A model generated the notes under the pieces. That model had not been told where the DNA came from, did no database searches, and was given only the letters and a program-made list of their open reading frames with translations. Source: Candidatus Hadarchaeales archaeon (GTDB lineage Archaea > Hadarchaeota > Hadarchaeia > Hadarchaeales > Hadarchaeaceae). From it: a DNA stretch of 64,000 nucleotides. Of this stretch, positions 27,008 to 38,962 are shown one piece after another. The stretch covers positions 31,407-95,406 of the forward strand of contig JAVZGN010000003.1 in assembly GCA_038872135.1 (NCBI GenBank), in the 5' to 3' direction. Numbering within the stretch: position 1 is the stretch's first letter; each line of letters starts with the position of its first letter. Made by a program: the position numbers and the translations under genes.

Positions 27008-28648
27008 ATGAGCGCTCAGCTTGGTGGTACTCCAGTCCTGATATTGCCGGAAAATGTACAGAGATACATTGGAAGAGATGCCCAGAGAATGAACATCATG
27101 GCAGCGAGGGTCATCGCCGAAGCCATAAGGACTACCCTCGGGCCGCGGGGCATGGACAAAATGCTTGTGGACAACCTTGGCGACATCACGATAACGAATG
27201 ACGGCGTCACGATTCTGGATGAGATGGATGTTGAGCATCCCGCTGCTAAGATGATGGTCGAGATTTCTAAAGCTCAAGAGGATGAGGTCGGCGACGGGAC
27301 AACGACGGCGGTGATAATTGCTGGAGAACTACTGAAAAAGGCCGAAGAACTCTTAGATCAGGACATCCATCCAACAGTTATAACCGCAGGGTACAGGAAG
27401 GCTGCAGAACACGCTTTTAAGATTTTGGAAAAGATGGCCACAAAGATTTCTCCCACGGATGAAAAACTGCTGAAGCAGATAGCGCTAACGGCGATGAGCA
27501 GCAAGGGTTCGGAGGCGAGGGGAGAAAAGCTTGCAGAACTTTGCGTGAAAGCCGTGAAGCAAATCGTGGAGGAATCCAACGGCAGATTCGAGGCCGATGT
27601 GGACAACATAAAGATTGAGAAGAAAACCGGAGGTGGCTCAGCAGACTCTCAGCTTGTCCAGGGGATAGTTCTTGACAAGGAAGTCGTCCACCCGGGAATG
27701 CCGAAGCGGGTTGAAAATGCGAAAATAGCTCTCCTGAACCTAGCACTAGAGGTAAAGGAAACCGAAACGGATGCGAAAATCAACATAACTTCCCCAGACC
27801 AGCTGAAGAGCTTCTTGGAAGAGGAGAGGAGGATGCTCCAAGACATGGTTGAAAAGATAAAAGCTGTCGGAGCTAATGTGGTTTTCTGCCAGAAGGGTGT
27901 TGACGATATCGCTCAGTACTATCTCGCAAAGGCAAAAATCCTCACAGCCAGAAGGGTGAAAGAATCAGACATGGATAAGCTCGCAAAAGCAACGGGAGCA
28001 AAAATAGTGACAAATCTCAAGGATCTTGATGAGAAGGATCTCGGAACTGCAGCCCTCGTGGAGGAGAGGAAGATAGCTGGGGAAGAGATGATATTTGTTG
28101 AGGGCTGCAAGGATCCAAAGGCCGTCAGCATCCTCGTCCGCGGAGGAACCGAGCATGTGGTTGATGAGGTTGAGCGGGCCGTTCACGATAGCATCTGCGT
28201 CATTTCTGCTGCCATCGAGGACGGAAAAATTGTGGGCGGAGGTGGGGCGCCAGAGATAGAGGTCGCCAAAGGTCTCCGGGAATATGCTGACACGATTGGT
28301 GGGAGAGAGGCTCTCGCGATCAACGCCTTTGCTGATGCGATAGAATGTGTTCCTAGAACCCTCGCGGAGAATGCAGGTCTGGACCAGATAGACATTCTAG
28401 TTCAGCTTCGGTCGGCTCATGAAAAATCCGGCGGAGAAAACATAGGAATAGATGTGATAAGCGGGAAAGTATTGAACACTCTTGAAAAAGGGATTGTTGA
28501 ACCGCTGCGGGTCAAAATTCAGGCAATCAAGTCTGCAAGCGAAGTGGCTGAGATGATTTTGAGGATAGATGATGTCATCGCCGCAATAAAGCTCGAAAAG
28601 GAAGAAAAAGAGGAAAAGAAAACACAAAGCCCTGAAATGGAATATTAG
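27008..28648 (+). CDS. Thermosome (group II chaperonin) subunit
   Basis: [32 protein letters not shown]. Confidence 0.97.
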   Translation: MSAQLGGTPVLILPENVQRYIGRDAQRMNIMAARVIAEAIRTTLGPRGMDKMLVDNLGDITITNDGVTILDEMDVEHPAAKMMVEISKAQEDEVGDGTTTAVIIAGELLKKAEELLDQDIHPTVITAGYRKAAEHAFKILEKMATKISPTDEKLLKQIALTAMSSKGSEARGEKLAELCVKAVKQIVEESNGRFEADVDNIKIEKKTGGGSADSQLVQGIVLDKEVVHPGMPKRVENAKIALLNLALEVKETETDAKINITSPDQLKSFLEEERRMLQDMVEKIKAVGANVVFCQKGVDDIAQYYLAKAKILTARRVKESDMDKLAKATGAKIVTNLKDLDEKDLGTAALVEERKIAGEEMIFVEGCKDPKAVSILVRGGTEHVVDEVERAVHDSICVISAAIEDGKIVGGGGAPEIEVAKGLREYADTIGGREALAINAFADAIECVPRTLAENAGLDQIDILVQLRSAHEKSGGENIGIDVISGKVLNTLEKGIVEPLRVKIQAIKSASEVAEMILRIDDVIAAIKLEKEEKEEKKTQSPEMEY

Positions 28649-28685
28649 TTTCTTTGGGGGTCATTGTATATTTCCTCCTAAAAAA

Positions 28686-28880
28686 TTGACAAAATATGAA
28701 AAGGCTAGAATCATTGGCGCGCGTGCTCTTCAGATATCGATGGGAGCGCCTGTGTTGATAGATCTGCCCGATGGATTGACGGATTCGATAAAGATCGCTC
28801 TTTATGAGCTGGAGAAAAATGCCATCCCGATTACTGTCGTCAGAAAATTACCTGGCGAGCGTGCGGGAGAAGCTGCTTAG
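28686..28880 (+). CDS. rpoK: DNA-directed RNA polymerase subunit K (Rpo6); true start may be upstream
   Basis: [21 protein letters not shown]. Confidence 0.93.
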   Translation: MTKYEKARIIGARALQISMGAPVLIDLPDGLTDSIKIALYELEKNAIPITVVRKLPGERAGEAA

Positions 28881-28950
28881 TGCTCCCATTTATTTGCGGG
28901 TTAAATCGGTGCATTTAATTTGAGACGCGAGAATAATTTCTTGGTGAACT

Positions 28951-29979
28951 GTGGGAGTCCAGCTGGGAGATATTGTCTCCCGCGAAAAAATTGAACTCGA
29001 GCAGCTGAGGGGGCAGGTCGTATCAGTAGACGCAATGAATTTTCTATACCAGTTCCTCTCCATCATCAGGCAGAAGGATGGAGAACTTTTGAAGGACACC
29101 AGGGGCAGGATAACCTCCCATCTCTCGGGCCTTTTCTATAGGACTGCAAATTTCATTGAAGCTGGAATTCGCCCGATCTACGTTTTTGACGGGACCCCCC
29201 CGATGTTTAAGAGAAAGACAATCGAGCAGAGAAAAATGATAAGGGAAGAAGCCGCGAGGGAGTGGAAAAAAGCTCTGGAAGAGGGGAGGATAGAGGATGC
29301 GAGAAAATTCGCGCAGAGGGCGGGAAGAGTAGACGAGGAGATGGTTAACCAATCTAAAGAGCTTCTTTCGCTGATGGGGGTTCCGTGGATTCAGGCACCC
29401 GGAGAAGGGGAAGCCCAGGCCGCCCACCTTGTAAAAAAGGGAGATGCGGGAGGGGTTTCAAGCCAGGATTTCGACAGCCTTCTGTTTGGGGCGCCGGTTC
29501 TCATAAGAAATCTCGCAATAACCGGAAGAAGAAAGCTGCCAAGAAAGGACGCCTACATTGAAATCACCCCGGAAATCATCAGGCTTGAAGATGTCCTGAA
29601 ATCTTTGGAGATCACCAGGGAGCAGCTTATCGACATAGGGATTCTCATCGGGACGGATTACAACGAAGGGGTGAAGGGAATTGGACCAAAAAAAGCTCTC
29701 GAACTTGTGAAGAAGGAGGGAAGCCTAGAAAAAATTCTAAAAACAGAGATTGGGGAAAAGTTTGAGGTTGATCCCCTTGAGATAAAATCCCTCTTCCTCA
29801 ATCCCCCAGTCACCGAAGAATACAAAATTGAGTGGGGCGAACCCGACCAGGAGGGAATAAAAAGATTCCTTTGCGACGAGCATGATTTTTCAGAAGAGAG
29901 AGTTCAGACGGGGATAGAAAAGCTGATAAAGGGGAGACAAAAACTGCATCAGCAATCGTTGGAAAGGTGGCTAGTCTGA
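28951..29979 (+). CDS. fen: Flap endonuclease 1
   Basis: YQFLSIIRQ, EGEAQAA, GTDYN.GVKGIG, C-terminal PIP box QQSLERW. Confidence 0.96.
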   Translation: MGVQLGDIVSREKIELEQLRGQVVSVDAMNFLYQFLSIIRQKDGELLKDTRGRITSHLSGLFYRTANFIEAGIRPIYVFDGTPPMFKRKTIEQRKMIREEAAREWKKALEEGRIEDARKFAQRAGRVDEEMVNQSKELLSLMGVPWIQAPGEGEAQAAHLVKKGDAGGVSSQDFDSLLFGAPVLIRNLAITGRRKLPRKDAYIEITPEIIRLEDVLKSLEITREQLIDIGILIGTDYNEGVKGIGPKKALELVKKEGSLEKILKTEIGEKFEVDPLEIKSLFLNPPVTEEYKIEWGEPDQEGIKRFLCDEHDFSEERVQTGIEKLIKGRQKLHQQSLERWLV

Positions 29980-30621
29980 TTCCTTCCACCCGTGGGCTCC
30001 TATCACGGGCACAAATGAGCACCCTCCATGCTCTGTGATTTTTGTTCCAGTTTCGGTCTTTTCCACCACCGCCCAAGTTTGAAAGAGATGATGCTGGCCT
30101 AGGGGGAGGCCAATTTTTCCACCGACCTTTAGTTGGTCTATAAGAGGTGGAGGGATTTTTGGGGAACACGCCGTGACGAGGATTCTGTCCCATGGAGCCT
30201 CTTCTGGATATCCGAGCGTTCCGTCACCGACCACAACCTTCACATGAGAATATCCTGCGTCTCTCAGATTTTTTCGACCAAAAGCCGCGAGTTCTGGGAT
30301 TCTCTCTACTGTCACGACTTTTCCACTGTTTCCCACAATTTCTGCCAGAAGCGCGGCGTTGTATCCAGAGCCCGCGCCTATTTCCAGCACCTTCTGCCCG
30401 CTCTTCAAATCCAATGTTTCCAGCATTATCGCGATCATGCTTGGTGCAGAAATGGTCTGCCCAAATCCTATCGGGAGGGGGTGGTCCTCATAGGCTTGTG
30501 AGATATATCTTTCGGGGAGAAATTTTTCCCGTGGGACTGTTAGAAAAGCCCGAATGATCTCCGGGGTTCTGAGGTAGCCCCATTGAACTAGGCTCCTCAC
30601 GAGCATTTCTCTGTCCATCAC
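29971..30621 (-). CDS. pcm: Protein-L-isoaspartate O-methyltransferase
   Basis: GQTISAP, VLEIGAGSGYNAA, GDGTLG, FVPVIG. Confidence 0.94.
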   Translation of the reverse strand: MMDREMLVRSLVQWGYLRTPEIIRAFLTVPREKFLPERYISQAYEDHPLPIGFGQTISAPSMIAIMLETLDLKSGQKVLEIGAGSGYNAALLAEIVGNSGKVVTVERIPELAAFGRKNLRDAGYSHVKVVVGDGTLGYPEEAPWDRILVTACSPKIPPPLIDQLKVGGKIGLPLGQHHLFQTWAVVEKTETGTKITEHGGCSFVPVIGAHGWKESD

Positions 30622-30655
30622 AATAATTTTGAGTCGTCCAAATGTAAATAATTTG

Positions 30656-31069
30656 ATGAAGTGGAAAATAGAGGCGAGAGGTCATCCAAGGATCACGGCA
30701 ACTCATCCCACCACATTTATGTTTACTAAGGAAAAAGAGATTTTTGGAAGGGGGAATTGTATAGTTGGTGTTGAGGCTAGTGCCTCGGCGGCGGAACTGC
30801 CAAAAAAACTCAAGCAGTTGCTCCAGCAGGGTAGAAAAATAAACATCATTTTATCTACAGGAAGCTTCTCGGAAAAAGTTGTTGCAGAGGGCGCAACGAC
30901 TCTCACTTTCACAAACACCCTAGACGTTGTGGTCAGGAAAAGCGATTATGTGTGCGGTCGGACTGTTGCTATTAAGGCAAATAAAGCGGCGGCAGATTTT
31001 TCCAGAGATTTTGTCGAATATTTGCGAAATCCATCAGTGCGGGTGAGAATGGAAATAGAGGCGATTTAG
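30656..31069 (+). CDS. DUF371 family protein
   Basis: ARGHPRITATHPTT, GNCIVGV, VVRKSDY. Confidence 0.88.
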   Translation: MKWKIEARGHPRITATHPTTFMFTKEKEIFGRGNCIVGVEASASAAELPKKLKQLLQQGRKINIILSTGSFSEKVVAEGATTLTFTNTLDVVVRKSDYVCGRTVAIKANKAAADFSRDFVEYLRNPSVRVRMEIEAI

Positions 31070-31071
31070 CT

Positions 31072-31521
31072 TCACCATCTTGAGATAAGCAGAATGCACG
31101 AGATGAAAAATAGAGTGGTTTCGAGCGCAAATATTTTCCTGTTGGTCACATATGTCCAAAAATCATAGGTGAAAATCCCTGGCCCATAAAACTTCCTGCT
31201 AATGGGGTAGAAGAGCATCCTCCCTTTTTCATCCAGAGCGTCCAGAAATATGTGCGTAAAGCCGCCAATCATGAATGAAACAGCAGCCATCGCCCCAAAG
31301 ACCGGAAAGATCGCCAGGCCAGTAACGAGGAAGAAAAACAGTGTGTGAAGGATTGTGGCTGCATGAGTTTCCTCAATGGGATTTTCCGGTGGAACCTTCC
31401 TCAGCAGGATCGGGAGGGCATCGAGGCTGGAAATGTTTGCCCCAATCAAAAGCGCTAGGAGATTGAATTGTGGAAATATCCCGTAGATTATGAGTGGTAC
31501 CGTCACATGAGCCAAAATCAT
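31072..31521 (-). CDS. Membrane-bound metal-dependent hydrolase-like protein
   Basis: AH, LHT and THIFLD motifs in a hydrophobic protein. Confidence 0.6.
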   Translation of the reverse strand: MILAHVTVPLIIYGIFPQFNLLALLIGANISSLDALPILLRKVPPENPIEETHAATILHTLFFFLVTGLAIFPVFGAMAAVSFMIGGFTHIFLDALDEKGRMLFYPISRKFYGPGIFTYDFWTYVTNRKIFALETTLFFISCILLISRW

Positions 31522-31712
31522 TCTTTCATCTCCCTCCTCAGCTTCGCCAGAACCAGCCACAGATAGGGGAGAAATGGCCCGATTAATAAAAGGGTGTATA
31601 TCCCGAGTTCCTTAATCACCAATACTAGGAGAACAAGTCCCATCGTCACCCATGCTGCAATGTAGTGACGGTTCTTCTTTCCCCATTTCTTTACATCTAC
31701 CCGAACTGTCAT
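31518..31712 (-). CDS. Small two-TM membrane protein
   Basis: 64 aa, two hydrophobic segments, ATGA overlap with the downstream gene. Confidence 0.6.
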   Translation of the reverse strand: MTVRVDVKKWGKKNRHYIAAWVTMGLVLLVLVIKELGIYTLLLIGPFLPYLWLVLAKLRREMKE

Positions 31713-31817
31713 CCGTGAAATCTTTACAGCCCATGTTTAAAGGGTATGTTAATCTTCTTACGCGAATGTTGGGATGAAGGATATAGAAGGATTTTTATCT
31801 CCCAGATGAGGGTTATT

Positions 31818-32090
31818 ATGGAGATTATGGAAGCGCAACCTGAGAAGAAGCTTGTGGGAAAGGTGACACACTACTTCACGAAAATAGGTGTTGGGGTGAT
31901 AGAGCTTTCAGACAAACTGAAAATTGGAGACAGGATTTCGATAGAGGGCAGGACAAGCAATTTCCAGCAGACGGTTGAGTCGATGCAGATAGAGCATAAG
32001 AATGTTCAAGAGGCTGGCCCCGGACAAGCGATTGGACTGAAGCTCATCAACAGAGCTAGAGAAGGAGACTTGGTCTTCAAGATTGGCTGA
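31818..32090 (+). CDS. Small EF-Tu domain II-like beta-barrel protein
   Basis: VGKVTHYFTKIGV, LKIGD, VESMQIEH, GQAIGLK. Confidence 0.8.
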   Translation: MEIMEAQPEKKLVGKVTHYFTKIGVGVIELSDKLKIGDRISIEGRTSNFQQTVESMQIEHKNVQEAGPGQAIGLKLINRAREGDLVFKIG

Positions 32091-32886
32091 GCTCCCCAAA
32101 AAGCTTCTCGTGAATCCGCTCGGCGAGTTCGGAGAAAGCTCTTGCCGCAGATGATTTTGGAGCATACTTGACCACGGGAGTTCCCGCCGTCAAACTTTCT
32201 CTGACTTTATCGTCTTCTGGAACTGTTGAAAGAATCGGCCAGCCGAGAGATTTCTTCACCTCGGAAATCGGTACCTCGTACTTCTTCCCGCTCACCTTGT
32301 TTAGAACTGCCCCGAGAACCGGCACTCTATATCTCTCAGCCGCCCGAAAAGCGCGGAGGGTGCTGGCAATAGTCGGGATTTCTGGATTAGTCACGATAAG
32401 CATCATGTTGCTGGCCTTTATGGCGGAAATTGCTTCCGTCCCAAGGCCCGGGGCCGAATCTATGATGATCAGCCGATATTTGGATCTCAGGGGCTCTATG
32501 CTTTCCTTGAAATCTATCAGCGGGATATCCCCCTCATATCCAAGTGAGCCGGGTATCACATGGATTTTTTCAACAACATGGATTGCCTTTTCAACTGGAA
32601 CTGCTCCAACGAGAACATCATGGATTGTCGGCTCCGGGTCCACGAGGCCTAGGTGAAGCCCGAGATTGGGGGCCGAGAGATTTGCCTCAACGACCAAGAC
32701 TCCTTCACCCAGTTTATCCGCCAGCAGCGACCCGATATTGGCCACGGTCGTTGTTTTCCCAACTCCCCCCTTGCAAGAAAACACTCCCAAGACACGTGCA
32801 ATTCTCGGTTTGATGGTGGGCCTTCTTCCACGCTCAAACCCGCGGACGATCTTTCCAAGCGAGTGGGGGGTCGGCGTACCGCTCAC
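32077..32886 (-). CDS. MinD/ParA-family ATPase
   Basis: Deviant Walker A KGGVGKTT, IIDSAPGLG, VPEDDKVRES. Confidence 0.9.
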   Translation of the reverse strand: MSGTPTPHSLGKIVRGFERGRRPTIKPRIARVLGVFSCKGGVGKTTTVANIGSLLADKLGEGVLVVEANLSAPNLGLHLGLVDPEPTIHDVLVGAVPVEKAIHVVEKIHVIPGSLGYEGDIPLIDFKESIEPLRSKYRLIIIDSAPGLGTEAISAIKASNMMLIVTNPEIPTIASTLRAFRAAERYRVPVLGAVLNKVSGKKYEVPISEVKKSLGWPILSTVPEDDKVRESLTAGTPVVKYAPKSSAARAFSELAERIHEKLFGELSQS

Positions 32887-33182
32887 TGAACCACATTACT
32901 CGATTTTTTTTGATTCAGCAACAGTTCTCCCTGCTCAGTTATACAGTAGACTGAAACAAGTCCTTCGTTTTTCTTTTCCACTGCCCCGCTATCTAAAAAT
33001 TCATTCAGGGCCTTCCTCACTTTTTCACTGGGCGGGGAAAAACCGTGAACATGAAGAATTTCTTGAGCAATCTGAAATTCACTCAGCGGTCCTCTTGTTC
33101 TAAGTATCCACAAAACAATTTTGTCCAGCTCCTTCCTCTTTTCTTCGACGACTTGAAGATTAAGTTCTCTGAATGGTTCCAT
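32883..33182 (-). CDS. Small winged-helix protein
   Basis: LWILRTRGPLS..QIA...VY.ITEQG pattern; overlaps the MinD start. Confidence 0.6.
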   Translation of the reverse strand: MEPFRELNLQVVEEKRKELDKIVLWILRTRGPLSEFQIAQEILHVHGFSPPSEKVRKALNEFLDSGAVEKKNEGLVSVYCITEQGELLLNQKKSSNVVQ

Positions 33183-33184
33183 TG

Positions 33185-33889
33185 TCAGCTCCTCTCCTTC
33201 TTTTGTTTCATGCGATATAACTCCTCTGTTCTTTTCTTTAAATGCGCTATCGTCAACGAGACTTCTTTTTTCGGTGGCGGTTCTTCAGCCCCCTTCACCG
33301 TCTTTTTCAACCTTCTCAGCGAGACAAAGAGCTTTTTCGGCCTGACCAGGAACCAGTATATTGCCCCAACTACCAGAATTCCTACGATCAAAATGGCAAA
33401 ATGGATTTCCCCTCTGCTCTCTTCTTCTGGAAGGCCCACGATGGCGAAAATGGAGAAGCCGAATAGATCCGAGGTGTAGTAGATATACCTCTCAGCGATA
33501 TTTTCAAGAGTTATCGGAATTTCAATCCAGTTCTCGGCAAACTTTAGCAACTTTACCCCATTCTCGCGAATGTTGTGAAGTGCCAGCCACTCCCTATCGA
33601 CCCTGAACTCAACTTTTGCGCGAGAAATATTCTCTTTCACGTCAATTTCAAAATACTCAAATACCAGATGGGGCGGTGAGGGGATTGCCCCCGGCTTTTC
33701 CCTTCCATAAGAGATGTAGTTGTTAAAAACATTTTCCACAGGTCTGTCGAACCAAATTGTCGTCACGGTGTGGCCGATGAAATCATGAGGATAAAGATTT
33801 TCTGTTGCAGTGACCTGTCCGGGGGAGAGAGCCAGGGCATAGCACAGGAACACTGTTATGCAGAGCCGCCAAGCAGTTTTTGGCATCAA
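33185..33889 (-). CDS. PGF-pre-PGF-like surface protein with signal peptide and C-terminal TM
   Basis: Signal peptide; VFEYFEI, VEFRVDREWL, FGFSIFAIVG; TM anchor and basic tail. Confidence 0.75.
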   Translation of the reverse strand: MMPKTAWRLCITVFLCYALALSPGQVTATENLYPHDFIGHTVTTIWFDRPVENVFNNYISYGREKPGAIPSPPHLVFEYFEIDVKENISRAKVEFRVDREWLALHNIRENGVKLLKFAENWIEIPITLENIAERYIYYTSDLFGFSIFAIVGLPEEESRGEIHFAILIVGILVVGAIYWFLVRPKKLFVSLRRLKKTVKGAEEPPPKKEVSLTIAHLKKRTEELYRMKQKKERS

Positions 33890-33975
33890 TAAACCCTTCC
33901 ACCCTCGATTTATATTGCCCTATCCCTTTCGAAATTTTTTGAAACACTTAAATCTCCTTACTCCTAATCATCTCC

Positions 33976-35794
<1,819 letters not shown>

Positions 35795-35803
35795 TCGGGC
35801 ACC

Positions 35804-36241
35804 TTATGGATTAAGAAAGCTTTCTTTATAGGTCTCCATAGCGATCAGCGTGGTCGTGTTTTTAACCGAATCATGAGATGAGATGTACTCGTCCAAAAAC
35901 CTGTTCAGGGAATCGAGATCCCTAGCCCTGAGCTTTATTATAAGAGCATCACCGCCGCTTGTTCTGTGGATTTCGCACACCTCATGCTTCCTCGACAGCA
36001 TGTGGGCAAGCTCTTTTATTGATTTGGGATCCGTTTGAAGTGTGACGAATGCGGTCACCGCATAACCATACTTCTTTGGGTTAACCAGAACACTGTATTT
36101 TATTACCTCATCTTCCTCCAGCTGCTTGATTCTCCGCCTCACCCCCGAGATGCTGAGTCCCACTTCTCTAGCCATTTTCCGGAGCGGCATTTTTGGATCT
36201 TTTACCAAGGACCTCATCAGCTTTAGATCTACGCTGTCCAA
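35804..36241 (-). CDS. Lrp/AsnC transcriptional regulator
   Basis: DSVDLKL, MAREVGLS..GVRRRIKQLE, C-terminal RAM domain. Confidence 0.92.
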   Translation of the reverse strand: MDSVDLKLMRSLVKDPKMPLRKMAREVGLSISGVRRRIKQLEEDEVIKYSVLVNPKKYGYAVTAFVTLQTDPKSIKELAHMLSRKHEVCEIHRTSGGDALIIKLRARDLDSLNRFLDEYISSHDSVKNTTTLIAMETYKESFLNP

Positions 36242-36348
36242 ACCCCCACCGTCCTCCCTCTAAACTTTCACTTCCCCTTTTTATCTTTTGCACGTGAGAA
36301 AAACTTCGAACATTCATGATTTTAAGCGCGAAAATGGAATCACATCTG

Positions 36349-36438
36349 GGGCCGGTAGTTCAGCGGCATGAACGCCCGCTTCGCATGGTTGTCCGAAAAA
36401 GCGGGAGGTCGCGGGTTCAAATCCCGCCCGGTCCACCA
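36349..36438 (+). tRNA. tRNA-Ala(CGC) with 14-nt intron at 37/38 (36386-36399), encoded CCA
   Basis: G3-U70 in GGGCCGG/CCGGTCC; BHB central helix TTCG/CGAA with bulges CAT and AAA. Confidence 0.93.
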
Positions 36439-36507
36439 TGCTCTCGCTCACCTAACACCGACAATCACTATTTATATAACTTCTACGTGGATGGAAACTC
36501 GAGAAAG

Positions 36508-37449
36508 ATGGAGCCAATATATGTCGAGGGAGTTTCAAAGAGTTTTGGAAAACTACAAGCACTGAACAATGTGAGCCTCCGAATAAAAAGGGGAAACTGC
36601 GTCGGTCTTCTCGGCCCAAACGGAGCAGGAAAGTCAACTCTTCTGAAGATGATCTGTGGACTCATCCGCCCGTCGACGGGAATAGTGCGTCTTCAAGGGC
36701 ATGACCCATTCTATAGAAGAAAAGAAGCGCTGCAGGGGGTTGGCTGTGTGATAGAAGAGCCAATTGTCTACACTTCCCTAGATCCCATTACATACCTCAG
36801 CTATCTTGGCGAACTGCGGGGAATGAAGAATCCCGATCTCTCCAAGCGGATTGAAGAGGTCCTGGAATTCACCAATCTCACCCGTTGGAGCAGGACTAAG
36901 ATAGGAAAATTTTCCCGAGGGATGCGGCAGAAACTTGTGCTTGCGCAGGCCATACTCCCCGATCCAGAAATTCTCCTTCTCGACGAGCCGGGCCTAGGCC
37001 TTGATCCAGAAACTATAACGAATATACGAGATTATCTCAGGCATGCGAGGAAAGAGGGAAAAACGATCTTCATGGCTTCTCACATGCTCGAAGAAGTGAA
37101 GGAGACCTGCAATCAGGTGGCGCTGCTAAATGCAGGGCACCTCATAAGGTTTGGAGACATCTCGATGCTGGAAAAGCTCTTCGCAAAGAGCCTCTTGATA
37201 GTAACCTTGGAATCACCCACTCCAAGCCAGATAAAAAGAATAGAAAGAATACCCTGGATAGAAGCGATTTCTATCACCGGAAAAAAGATCAACGTTAAGC
37301 TGGCGGGGGGAGAGAAGAAAAGAGCGGAGCTTCTGAGAATCCTCGTGAAAGACATTGGACTGAAAGTAGTTTCATATTACACCTCCATCCCGCCAATAGA
37401 AGAAGTGTATCTCAGGCTAGTGAGGGAGGCGCGTGAGAAGGGATATTGA
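36508..37449 (+). CDS. ABC transporter ATP-binding protein (ABC-2 exporter type)
   Basis: GPNGAGKS, FSRGMRQ, LLDEP, ASH. Confidence 0.92.
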   Translation: MEPIYVEGVSKSFGKLQALNNVSLRIKRGNCVGLLGPNGAGKSTLLKMICGLIRPSTGIVRLQGHDPFYRRKEALQGVGCVIEEPIVYTSLDPITYLSYLGELRGMKNPDLSKRIEEVLEFTNLTRWSRTKIGKFSRGMRQKLVLAQAILPDPEILLLDEPGLGLDPETITNIRDYLRHARKEGKTIFMASHMLEEVKETCNQVALLNAGHLIRFGDISMLEKLFAKSLLIVTLESPTPSQIKRIERIPWIEAISITGKKINVKLAGGEKKRAELLRILVKDIGLKVVSYYTSIPPIEEVYLRLVREAREKGY

Positions 37450-38212
37450 GCAAATGCTCACAGTGGCAAAATATGAAATAAAGAAATATGTGAAAGGCAG
37501 GCGCGTCCTCGCCACAGTGATTTTGATAATTCCAATATCCCTTCTGGCGATATATTTTGTGGCAAACACAAAGCTCACCCAGTATGATTTCATCGACGAC
37601 TACTTCATGATATTGACGCTGATCTCCGCCGTCATAGGCATTCTTTACGGCAGTGATGCGATTTCTTCCGAGTTTGCGCAAAAGACAGGTTATGTGACGC
37701 TCGCCATGCCTGTTGGGCGGGTGTGGATGGGGATGGGAAAATTCCTAGCTGCAGCAGCCCTTGCATCGGTCAGCATTGTCATCCCATTTGCCATGGGAGT
37801 TGTGTACATGGTAGCGGTGTACGGGAGCCTTCCATCGGGACTACTGCTCTCGCTGGGGCACCTGATTCTTTATGGACTGGCAACAATGTCCGCAGCGTTT
37901 GCCATAAGTGCAGCTTTCAGCGGGGAGGTTCTCCCTGTAATCATCTCCTATTTTGTTTTCATAATCATAATGCCGTACATTGAAGCGCTTATCCTGGCTT
38001 GGGCAATTGAGCCATGGTTCTTCCTGACATTTGCAAGAAAACTTGTGCCATACTTTTCAATGAGTCCTCCACCACCCCGGAGAGTCTTCACTACCGCCGG
38101 CGTGACGTATTCCTATCCTCGTCCTTCTGTGGGAGTGGCCGTGACAATTGTGTATTTGGTGGTGGGTCTCGCCATAGCTGTTTACCTTTTCTGGCGAAAG
38201 GAAATGAAATAG
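37433..38212 (+). CDS. ABC-2 type permease
   Basis: Six TM segments; DAISSEF..KTG...L.MPV. Confidence 0.85.
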   Translation: MRRDIEQMLTVAKYEIKKYVKGRRVLATVILIIPISLLAIYFVANTKLTQYDFIDDYFMILTLISAVIGILYGSDAISSEFAQKTGYVTLAMPVGRVWMGMGKFLAAAALASVSIVIPFAMGVVYMVAVYGSLPSGLLLSLGHLILYGLATMSAAFAISAAFSGEVLPVIISYFVFIIIMPYIEALILAWAIEPWFFLTFARKLVPYFSMSPPPPRRVFTTAGVTYSYPRPSVGVAVTIVYLVVGLAIAVYLFWRKEMK

Positions 38213-38833
38213 CTATTTTCTTCCCATGCACATTTTGAGAAAGAACTCATGGACTCCTGTGTCGCCGGCTAGCTCGGGGTGGAATGAGAGAGCGAGAATG
38301 TTGTTCTGAATCGCTCCAACCGTCCTTCCCTGAAAAAATGCCACTGGCTTTGCCCCTCCCCACAGGCTCCTGATGGCCGGTGCTCTTATGAAAACCCCTC
38401 TAAATCTTGGAATTCCTATGCTTGAGAGATCAAGATCTGCTTCAAATGATTCCCTCTGCCTCCCAAAAGCATTTCTCTGAACCTCGATGTCCATGAGGCC
38501 GAGGAGAGGCTGCTTTGTCCTCTCGACTTGGATGTCGCCCTTCTTCGCGAGCAGAATGAGTCCAGCGCATGTGCCGAGGATTGGAACCCCCTCCTTCCCC
38601 ATCTCCTTCACTATGTCGAAAAGACCGGTTCTAACCATGAGCTTACCTATTGTCGTGCTTTCTCCTCCAGGGATGATTATCCCGTCGCAATCTTTCAGAG
38701 TTTTTGGGGAATCTATCCAGAGGGCTTCTCCAGAGATTCCTAAAGATTTCATTGCTTGGGCCGTTGCTTCAAGATGCTCGGTGACTGCTCCCTGCAATCC
38801 TATGACCCCTACTCTCATTTGCATGTCTTTCAA
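38213..38833 (-). CDS. pdxT: PLP synthase glutaminase subunit
   Basis: LQGAVTEH, PGGESTT, GTCAG, RNAFGRQRESFE, FHPEL. Confidence 0.95.
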   Translation of the reverse strand: MKDMQMRVGVIGLQGAVTEHLEATAQAMKSLGISGEALWIDSPKTLKDCDGIIIPGGESTTIGKLMVRTGLFDIVKEMGKEGVPILGTCAGLILLAKKGDIQVERTKQPLLGLMDIEVQRNAFGRQRESFEADLDLSSIGIPRFRGVFIRAPAIRSLWGGAKPVAFFQGRTVGAIQNNILALSFHPELAGDTGVHEFFLKMCMGRK

Positions 38834-38962
38834 GAACTGTAAAAAACCAGAATTTTAACGCTTTTGCTGACCCCACGCTGTCCATCCTGTGTTTAATTTT
38901 GAAATGTCTAGGAGAAATATCAGATTTTTATACATCAGAGGTGCTGTTAGAGTGAGAGTTCA

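Noticed and set aside
36316-36507. N-terminal extension of the ABC ATPase ORF
   Set aside because: Runs through tRNA-Ala; the real start is likely ATG 36508
36349-38212. Integrated element at tRNA-Ala (or at tRNA-Gly)
   Set aside because: No integrase and no duplicated tRNA 3' end was found
38213-38833. pdxT without an adjacent pdxS
   Set aside because: Split pdxS/pdxT arrangements occur; pdxS is probably elsewhere in the genome
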